Origin: an uncultured Candidatus Poseidoniales archaeon
GTDB lineage: Archaea; Thermoplasmatota; Poseidoniia; Poseidoniales; Thalassarchaeaceae
Direction: 5' to 3'
Length of the DNA stretch: 64,000 nt
Assembly (NCBI GenBank): GCA_964563355.1
Contig: CAZLVU010000006.1
Span: forward strand, 18,346 to 82,345
Part shown: positions 47,401-55,100 of the stretch, piece by piece
Position numbering within the stretch: position 1 is the first letter of the stretch
How the letters are laid out: every line of letters starts with the position of its first letter
Made by a program: the position numbers and the translations under genes
The notes under the pieces: model-generated
What the model was told of the DNA's origin: nothing
The model's input: only the letters and a program-made list of their open reading frames with translations
Database searches by the model: none

Positions 47401-48705
47401 TTCACGATTTGGGCCTCGGACTCCGACTTTTGTATCGGCTTCGTTGACGAATGTATTCCAGTAGTGCTAACCCTGAGTATTGACAACACGAACAGCAAAC
47501 CAACCATCAGTGTCAATGAACCGTATCAGGGGTCGCGGATTTCCGTCTCTGACAACACCATAGTCAGTGGCGTAGCTAGGGATTTCGATGGTGAGCTTAC
47601 CAGGGTCGATCTCGAGGTTAAGGACATCGAGAATGACTATGTAACAATTCATACTGCAAAAACTAGCGAATTCTCTGAAAACGGGGAGTGGCAGATTGAA
47701 TGGGACACCACCCAGCTCCGCCATGACTCAGAATACTTGCTCCGACTGAGATCGTATGACGGTCTCGACTTCAGTAGTTGGATAGAGGTCTCAATAACCG
47801 CTGACAACCCACCCGACGCTGGAAACAACCAACCTGAGTTCGACTCGATGGGCTGGCAAAACGAGATTACCCTGTACTGCGACACGGATTCTAGCTCCGC
47901 AAATAGGTGCACTCTGGCAGAAATAGATCTGATGGACTTCTTTAGTGACGATGATGGCGACATAGTGTACATCTCAGTATACAACGACTCATCCCTAGAC
48001 CAGGATGACAATTATCCAATAGTGGTGAACGTCGGTGGCGATGGGATCGCTCATTACAACCCAGCTGACATGTTCTTCTATGAGGAAGACACCGAGGCTT
48101 GGACCCTGAGCAATGTAATTTTCATAGCAACCGACTCTTTCGGCTCTAAGGCCAATTCCCAACCAGTTACATTTGTTGTCGTCCCTCTACAGTTTTCTAT
48201 CGTCCCACCAGAGTTGGATTGGATTGAGGTGGGGGGGATAGCGATTTATTCTGGAATCGGACTTCCGGGCAAACAGGTCACCGTAATGATTGGGGGCATT
48301 CCTGTCAACAACACAATAGTGAGCGCCAACGGCTCTTGGGAGCTTGGAATACCCGCTTCCAGGATTAAAGACACTTCAACACCGAATTTCAGTTACAGCG
48401 GTCAGACCATTCAGGGCGAGGAAATTAGCCTTGGGGCACCAGTCGCAGAAGGACGAGACTGGGGCAGTATCGCCATTTTGGCAGTTTTCTGCATCGCATT
48501 ACTAGCTGCGGCAGCGTACTTCCTGCTTGAGATTGAAGATGATTACGAGGAAGAATATCAAAAGTCTCCTGAGGATTATAGGGACTCATTGGATGACATC
48601 GAGCAGGATGCCGAGGCGGATTTGGTTAGCTACGATGACCACCCCGGATGGCTCTGGGATTCATCCACCGAGGAATGGGTACCCGATCCCGATTTTGAGG
48701 GTTAA
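44440..48705 (+). CDS. Surface protein, 1421 aa: signal peptide, right-handed parallel beta-helix (PbH1) repeats, Cys-bracketed DND metal-binding-like motif, Ig-like domains, C-terminal TM and acidic tail
   Basis: Signal segment SIALVALFLSSIILSLTLPARTVEA. PbH1-like repeats NNQITTDQGSGVTVYYGAYATLSNNNIQGAAGGSGVGVYSSFAAIHNNHI. Motif CSDGIDNDGDLATDTSDNDC. TM segment WGSIAILAVFCIALLAAAAYFLL is followed by EIEDDYEEEYQ. Confidence 0.8.
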   Translation: MRSASELRSIALVALFLSSIILSLTLPARTVEASNETTEGTITGTEVWMGVHTLTGDVSIAPGAKLIIQPGATVNFPNGTHLDVRGSLCAGVASCGSSGDADASMRISLRWEEPENSSATGECYGLSHSNQEIWIDDPSCSEGILMRSTIDLSQTEMSHVTFDGAWGVPHYISIVSEFRYAALVLDGASPTLTELEFTDINTSSVLTTNLAQPTFNGGSFVVGNDASRSIVGSALQIYASGSSVSPFTLTDFTLDAGTNNGCGNRDGGRAAIWSEQSFIVIDNAEIAAGDFGIGLKTSAGSVTNSVVNVNCNGIDINGKKTVGSTYFEFDIENNQITTDQGSGVTVYYGAYATLSNNNIQGAAGGSGVGVYSSFAAIHNNHIGPIDGYNGLWLTGSFDVIAENNTIIGTAREPVVAGWYSRSVSSASRVLLANNSITYGGAATCSSTLYWGGDFTCPVVHAFLTGVTMYDNVVTAGGTADGIRSVGSLLDIQRNYFEVQETGAVLRNYDSGYSSSQQHGTLAFFSENEWVGNRVTYNVTKSSVTAQSEYIPSPPPGEFPVKLTWPDQEAWPENNFQGAIVPTPVSDCASCDNMTPRNFPLSVSMDNNSTVFTFANLSNLDLSKVKIATQPTHYAVQVSRAELVRFQTLIKGERVSDAQVFIEDALGNDLYNIKTKSDGFTPWIALPSNFHLDFRGLGGGDNPDGFADDEYEDSCSDGIDNDGDLATDTSDNDCNYTAGTREMSLYRYTAYKFGFGYYRGEFTLAESSLQEAASLENLAPSVSITEENGHSFRRILNITGSAHDGQLANSYATDETAQWDQRGYVHSIQIKDPFTSTWEDAGLAVDDSGASAGHVTRFNHPFSSWYYEFDMSSLAGEGDYTFEFRAFDGIDYSPIVARTFKLNTQAPTVFVSSPSSFSSHDDGSVEFVGAAQDPYGCPSDCNKDIGLIYLQIEGPNFQVTTPVQSGAGGNWEWTWDFSGQPRELATYTFTIWASDSDFCIGFVDECIPVVLTLSIDNTNSKPTISVNEPYQGSRISVSDNTIVSGVARDFDGELTRVDLEVKDIENDYVTIHTAKTSEFSENGEWQIEWDTTQLRHDSEYLLRLRSYDGLDFSSWIEVSITADNPPDAGNNQPEFDSMGWQNEITLYCDTDSSSANRCTLAEIDLMDFFSDDDGDIVYISVYNDSSLDQDDNYPIVVNVGGDGIAHYNPADMFFYEEDTEAWTLSNVIFIATDSFGSKANSQPVTFVVVPLQFSIVPPELDWIEVGGIAIYSGIGLPGKQVTVMIGGIPVNNTIVSANGSWELGIPASRIKDTSTPNFSYSGQTIQGEEISLGAPVAEGRDWGSIAILAVFCIALLAAAAYFLLEIEDDYEEEYQKSPEDYRDSLDDIEQDAEADLVSYDDHPGWLWDSSTEEWVPDPDFEG

Positions 48706-48746
48706 CCGGACAATCTGCGGCTACTAACATTATTGAGTGGGCCTGA

Positions 48747-51284
48747 GTGCTCGGTAGCGTGGCCAACATCGCAACGACCCGCCCGGGGGTCCAAGAGAGG
48801 ATTTTCCTTCACCTCAGGGACTATATGGACCATAGCGATAAGGTAGAAGTCCCCTTTGCGCTCTCTCAAATGGGAATTGCAAACGCAGTCTCCATTGCAA
48901 GATCAAATGTACCTAGGGCAATTTCGGGAATGAAAGATTCCGGACATCTAATTGAGAGACAAGCTCACGTCACCGGGGTGTCTAGAAAGCGCAAGGCATA
49001 CTTCCTTACCGATGAAGGAGCTACAGTCGCAGATGAAATTTGGGAAAAGGTCTCCGAGAATCCAGTCAGGATCATCCACCCAGACGGCCGTTCGGAGTCA
49101 ACTAACATTTCCGATGCACTCGAAACTACTGAACTCCCCCTCCGTCATGTAGACATGCTCCGCTATATGGACGACTCAGGAACTATCGATTTAACCGGGC
49201 TTACACCGGAGATGATTGAGCGAGATCTTTCTAAGCACATCGAAAAGCAACTGGTCTCATACCTCAACGATCTACCGAGGACAAGAAGATTCTACGGCCG
49301 GACAAAGGAAATTGACGACATTGCAGATTTTCTCGGGGCCAGATCGATTTCAATCTTGGTCCCTGGAATCGCCGGAATCGGGAAAACCGCACTTTCTACA
49401 AAGATTCTTGATAGATTCACGCACAGAAGGAACCTCCTTTACCACAGATGTCAGGATTGGGAGGGGTCGCGTGCTTTCCTTGAGACCTGTTCGGAGTGGC
49501 TTTCCGCTTTGGGAAACAACGATCTTTCGGACTACCTGGCTTCTTCCCCAGTTCCTAAGACCAACATCGCTGTCAATCTAATCGAGAACGGGCTTTCCGG
49601 TTCTCCTTCTTTACTTGTAATAGACGACCTGCACAAGGTGGGAGACGAGACCCTTTATGCCATTCTGAGGGAGCTAACTATCAGGGTTCCTAGATTGAAG
49701 GAAGTAGGCTTAGTAATGTTTTCCCGCTCATTCAGGATGGTGGTCCCGGAGAGGGACCAGGCTGGCAATATCGTCACTTTGGTGATGCCACTCCAAGGAC
49801 TCGATCAAGAGTCTAGCAAGCAGATACTAACTGCAATCCCCCAATTGAATACCGAACAATTCTCTCACATTTACACTCTTTCCAGAGGCCATCCCCTGAT
49901 ATTGGAACTAATCAACAGGGGTAATGTCGGAGAGACTTTCCACTCAACTCTGGAGGCGTTCGTCGAACAGGAAATTTTCAGTCGGCTTTCTGGAGCTGAA
50001 AAGCGACTCCTCGGTGCGATTGCGGTATTTAGGGAACCAATCCCGATTCAGGCAATCAAGCAAGTAGAGGGAGGGGTGGACCTTCTGGATGAGTTGGTCG
50101 AAAAAGGCCTAGCAAGGCAGTCAGACGCAGAAAACTATGACGTTCACGACCTGGTAAGGGAGTTTCTGATGCGTTCTATGGGTGAGGAACTCAGAACAGA
50201 ACTGCATCTCGCGGCGGTAAATTGGTACCGAGAAAAGAAGAATAACGCTGCCGACAGGATAGAATTCCTCCATCATTTACGCCATACCGGTGACGACGAG
50301 GGTCTTGCTGAGGTTTTGCTTTCCGAGGGACACAGACTAGTTAGCGCTGGACATACTGAGTTACTGTCGATTTTGAACTCCCTAGACATGAATGACTTCA
50401 ACTCCACTAGCTGGGGGCTAATTCGGGAACTGAGGGGGGATATCCTCTCAATACAAGGAATGTGGGACGAAGCTGAGGTAGAGTATGATGCAGCCACCAA
50501 GCATGTTGGTACGGCGAAAGCAAGCAAAGAGCTTGCAAGACTTCTTTCCGCACGCGCCGACATTGCAGTGAAGAGGGGCGCAATGGACGACGCCTTAGAG
50601 CTTCATAGAAAAGCTCTGAAAATACAAGTTGAGATTCGTGACGCTGTCGGTGCTGCAAGGTCATACATCAACATGGGCCATATTTTTCGACGTAGGAGGG
50701 ACACTAGGCACGCCCTAGAGGTCTACGGCAATGTGGAGGAGTTATTGAAATCGGAGGATGATCCAGAACTAGACGATGCCAGGATCAGACTGGCTTCCGC
50801 GTTCATCGAGATGGAGGAGCTGGAAAGGGCCCGGGAACATGCTCTCACGGCATACGAGAACACGAAGGATGGGCAGGATTTCATTCACGCAAGGTCACGA
50901 GCGGTCCTAGGAAGGTTCTATGCTAGATTATCCGACAACGAACTCGCTCTTCACCACTACTCGGGAGCCTTGGATACGCTCTCCGACCTCAATGACCCTA
51001 GGAGTGCGGTGGAGGTCGAGATGCTTTTGGGCCAGGTTCTCGTGGACGCTGGAAGAAGGGACGAAGCAGGCGAGCACTACTTGAACGGACTTGCTGTCGC
51101 CGAGGCAAACGACTTCAGGATGCTCCAAGGGGAAATATTGGCCCGGCTTGGGGAGGTTGAAGCTGATAGGTCTCAGCGTATGAACTACTTGCAGCGTTCC
51201 CTATCGACTTTCAGAGAGATAGGAGCAGTGGGCAGGATGAGAGAGGTCCAAAATGCAGTTCACAGGGCAGTGATGGGAAAATAA
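48747..51284 (+). CDS. wHTH - AAA+/STAND-type NTPase - TPR regulator, 845 aa
   Basis: N-terminal winged-helix segment LSQMGIANAVSIARSNVPRAISGMKDSGHLIERQ. Walker A VPGIAGIGKTAL and Walker B LLVIDDLHK. The C-terminal TPR-like repeats include ARSYINMGHIFRRRRDTRHALEVY. The start is GTG. Confidence 0.8.
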   Translation: MLGSVANIATTRPGVQERIFLHLRDYMDHSDKVEVPFALSQMGIANAVSIARSNVPRAISGMKDSGHLIERQAHVTGVSRKRKAYFLTDEGATVADEIWEKVSENPVRIIHPDGRSESTNISDALETTELPLRHVDMLRYMDDSGTIDLTGLTPEMIERDLSKHIEKQLVSYLNDLPRTRRFYGRTKEIDDIADFLGARSISILVPGIAGIGKTALSTKILDRFTHRRNLLYHRCQDWEGSRAFLETCSEWLSALGNNDLSDYLASSPVPKTNIAVNLIENGLSGSPSLLVIDDLHKVGDETLYAILRELTIRVPRLKEVGLVMFSRSFRMVVPERDQAGNIVTLVMPLQGLDQESSKQILTAIPQLNTEQFSHIYTLSRGHPLILELINRGNVGETFHSTLEAFVEQEIFSRLSGAEKRLLGAIAVFREPIPIQAIKQVEGGVDLLDELVEKGLARQSDAENYDVHDLVREFLMRSMGEELRTELHLAAVNWYREKKNNAADRIEFLHHLRHTGDDEGLAEVLLSEGHRLVSAGHTELLSILNSLDMNDFNSTSWGLIRELRGDILSIQGMWDEAEVEYDAATKHVGTAKASKELARLLSARADIAVKRGAMDDALELHRKALKIQVEIRDAVGAARSYINMGHIFRRRRDTRHALEVYGNVEELLKSEDDPELDDARIRLASAFIEMEELERAREHALTAYENTKDGQDFIHARSRAVLGRFYARLSDNELALHHYSGALDTLSDLNDPRSAVEVEMLLGQVLVDAGRRDEAGEHYLNGLAVAEANDFRMLQGEILARLGEVEADRSQRMNYLQRSLSTFREIGAVGRMREVQNAVHRAVMGK

Positions 51285-51285
51285 G

Positions 51286-52086
51286 TCAGGCTATGGCTAG
51301 TCTAGTTGGCTCTGATTGCCCTGTCCAATGGGTAAATTCCGGTCCGTCCTGCTTTGAAATCGAAAGGTCTCCAGTGAATGCTTCCTCTATTGCCATCAGA
51401 ACCTCGCTTTCTGCTATGTGAGGCGCGTTGTTCCTCTCGGAGAGGTGGCACAAAACTATGCTATCCAGTTTTTCATGGATCACCCGACGCATTATCTCCG
51501 CTGTCTGGGAGTTTGACAGATGCCCCCCCCTACCGGAAATCCTCCTTTTGAGCGAGTCCGGATATGGGCCTTGCATGAGTCTGGTGTGATCATAGTTTGA
51601 CTCTATTGAGATGTGGTTGCATTTTTTCAGATGGCCAAGTAGATCAGCTGGAGCTTCCCCAAGATCCGTAACTATTGCAGCCCTGCCCCCCTTCCCATTA
51701 GAAGCAATAATCGCTACGTTCTCAGAATCCTCATGGGGGACTGGGATAGGCACAAAGCTCAAACTCCCCCCCAAATCTACTCTCTGCAGGTTGCCGAATA
51801 CTGAACATCCTGTTTCCGGTTCCCAACCCAGCCTTCTCGCCGTGCCAAGATTGCAATGTAGTTCTGCATCCCATGCCCTAGACGCTCTCAAAGCAGAGTT
51901 TGAATGATCCTTGTGGTGATGAGTCACAACGATCGCGTCGATTGAATTGGGTTTAATTCCAATCCCCCCTAGCCTCTTTTCGGTTTGTTTGAGGCTGAAT
52001 CCAGAGTCTACCAATGCAATGTTTTCACCGGAACTAATTAGGGTTGCATTTCCCTTACTCCCCGAACCAAGATGTGTTATCTGCAT
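51286..52086 (-). CDS. MBL-fold metallo-hydrolase
   Basis: MQITHLGSGSKGNATL...ALVDSGFS...VVTHHHKDHS (HxHxDH motif). The start is chosen at Met16 of the track ORF. It is convergent with the STAND gene with a 1-nt gap. Confidence 0.8.
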   Translation of the reverse strand: MQITHLGSGSKGNATLISSGENIALVDSGFSLKQTEKRLGGIGIKPNSIDAIVVTHHHKDHSNSALRASRAWDAELHCNLGTARRLGWEPETGCSVFGNLQRVDLGGSLSFVPIPVPHEDSENVAIIASNGKGGRAAIVTDLGEAPADLLGHLKKCNHISIESNYDHTRLMQGPYPDSLKRRISGRGGHLSNSQTAEIMRRVIHEKLDSIVLCHLSERNNAPHIAESEVLMAIEEAFTGDLSISKQDGPEFTHWTGQSEPTRLAIA

Positions 52087-52187
52087 GCTATGGTAGCGAG
52101 TCTGACCAAGGCCCCCTTTGAACAAATCCATCCATCTGATATCATAATGCTGAATTTTCCATACCGGCCACTGCCCGCGTTGTCTTT

Positions 52188-55100
52188 ATGCTCACTTCGT
52201 CCGAACGACGCTCCATCACCATGATAAATCCCCCAAGAGCGAAAATTGCACGGGGTGAGCTAGTGCGACGCAAGCATTCCGCATTACTGATTTCCTTCTT
52301 CGTTCTATCCAGCTTAGCTTTCGTCTCACAAACTAGGCCCCAATCCCCAGTGTCTTCAACGGATCCAAATCAGGCGGACGGAGTCCAACCCCCAGTTACC
52401 GATCAAGATGGCGATTTGATTCCTGATTTGTATGAGGTAATCTTTGGCGATGATTTCTTACTGGAAAACCAATTGGTTTCTTTGCCAATTTCGGGGTTGG
52501 ATCCATCAGACTCAACTGACAATACATCCGATTATGATAGGGACGGACTCACTGCTCTTCAGGAGTATTGTTGGCCTTATACTCTCGATAGGTGTTTCGA
52601 GGAGAGGAACAGCCTGACTGGAAAGCCTCCTGAAGAGACCCAGTCAGGATTGCGAGAGTATCTTGACCCTAGGGTCTCTGATACGGATGGAGATGGGCTT
52701 CCTGATGGTTATGAGGTTTACATGTGCACCATAGGCGGTCTATACAGTAACAACCCCAACGACCCACTGAATTCAAAGAAGACATGGGGGTGTAAGTACT
52801 TCGATCCATTAGACCCAATCGATATGTACTCAGATTTTGATAGATGTGAGGCAGACTTTAGCTGGGGCTGTGGGGATGGATTCGATTTCAATAGTGATGG
52901 CATTATTGATGTGGGAGAGAGATTCACAAATTCGGAAGAATACCTACTCGGCTCTCCTAGTGACTGGATTACTGAGCGAGATGGCCTTTGGTGCAGTGGG
53001 AACATCTCAGGCTTAACCGAACAGGCGTGTCAGACACAGTTTGAGAGGCCAACCTCTACTTCTGGATGGCTTGGCAGCGATCCAAGATTCAGTGACTCCG
53101 ACTATTTCTCCTGGGACGACTTCTCACCAATCGAGCTGGAAGTCATGGGAGATGGGATTCCTGATGGATGGGAGGCACACCATGGCATGGATCCGTTGAA
53201 CTCGAGTGACGCTGTGATAGACTCAGATTCGGATGGATGGGATTATGATAGAGATGGATTCATTACTCCTGATGCCACCTCTTCAACTGCTCACTGGGGT
53301 GAAGCTTTCAGCAACTTCGAGGAGTTCTCCATCGACTTTGATTCATCGAACGGCGTTTCCCCGGGCCTCAGAGGAACAAAGGTTTCTGCTGTCGCCGGGC
53401 AAGTCATTTCATTCGACCATACAACCGCAACCCGACTCGTCGATACAGCCATCCATTCCTTAGTAGTCGATCAGCCTAGAGAGCGTTTGTTAGTGGGATC
53501 TAAACATGGGATTACTGTTATTGACCCATTCAGGGGAACCGAATCTGGATTCGAATTTCCGTCCGGAATGGTGGGCCTAACTCTCGATCGATTCTCTGTT
53601 GGGGATTCAGAATTCCTATTGGTCGGAACTAACATAGGACTTCATAGCATAGACTTGGAGAATGGCCTGCCAATCATGGCATCAATGGTTTCTTGGGAGA
53701 CTGGAAGAATCTCAGAGATTGTACAACTCAAAACGTTCTCTGATGATCTGGATCTGATGGCTCTTGGTGATAATACTGCTTGGAAGGTTCAATTGGTTGA
53801 GGGTTTCAATACAAACCCTTCCTCCGTCACCCCAATAAAAATTTCAGGACTCTCTACAATCCTATCCGATTCAAATGCTTCCGTTTCATCAGCAGCGCAC
53901 GCTGAGATTCCCGGACGCAGCCCCCTCCTGTTCATTGGCACTGATGTTGGACTGATTGGTTGGAATACAACAGATGGCACGGAAGAAACTGGACAGCCGT
54001 GGTGGATTTTCAATACCTTGAACGCTCATCATCACGTTAACACAAATCTATTTGAAACTACGAATACCGCTACGGTCAATACCATAGAAATCAAATTGAA
54101 CCCGGATGGTTTCAGTGATGTATGGATTGGAACGAGTGGCGGTTTACACCTTGTAAACATGGATCTCATCATTTCTCAACCTCACGACGCATTTGACAAC
54201 GATAGGATGCTGAATGTAGAAGGGCTAATTTCAGGTGCAAATGACGTACATTCTATCCTGCCAATGGAAGGTATGGTCATTATTGGCTCAAAGGACGGAA
54301 CTTGGTGCCTCGAAGGCGACTCGGAGGGCATTTTAGGCACCTTCCAGAATCAGACTGCTATCCCCGGCTTAGTCACATCCATGGCCACATTGGTTAAGGA
54401 GGGGGAGGATTGGCTGTTCGTCGGAGTTTCACCTGGTAGGTACATGAATATAGCACCGATGAACCCCCTTTCTCACGATTCTGATTTGGATGGAATGCCT
54501 GATGGTTGGGAAGCCACTCATGGGTTGGATCCGACCGATCCATATGATGGTGTCAGGGACATAGACTCCGACGGCGCGTCGATAATATGGGGCGATGCAA
54601 ACGAATACAGTAAACCTTGGACGAACCTTGACGAGTTTCGATTCACTTCATCAACAGAAGAAGGATTTAACGGAACGGACCCAAGAAACTCCGACTCCGA
54701 CGGTGACGGCTTAACCGATGGCGAGGAGTACTGGGGCTGGTTCTTGGAATCAACGATGTTTGACTGTCACTACCTGAATGGCGAGTATGTATGCGACCAG
54801 TCAACGGGCGAGTCAGCAAAGGAGGTGCACCTTGGCGGGTGGCTAGGTTCTGGGGCAGGAGGGGGGACTGACTCTCCGACCGATCCGACAAACCCCGATT
54901 CTGATGGCGATGGGATGCCAGACGGCTGGGAAATAGCGAACAGAAGGTGGAAGGGGGATGTCTACACTGGCGGCAATGAGTGGACCCTGGATCCACGAGA
55001 TCCATCAGACGCCACAAAAGATGCCGATGGGGACGGATTGACAAATATTTGCGAGTATGAATGGGAAAAACTCAGATCAAACGTAATTTCAAACGGCTTA

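Noticed and set aside
48747-52131. Reading the STAND-TPR protein plus the adjacent MBL hydrolase as an Avs-like antiviral defence system.
   Set aside because: The N-terminal module is a winged-helix DNA-binding domain rather than a nuclease, protease or other effector. The two genes are convergent, not co-transcribed. MBL hydrolases of this YycJ/PhnP-like type are common housekeeping genes.
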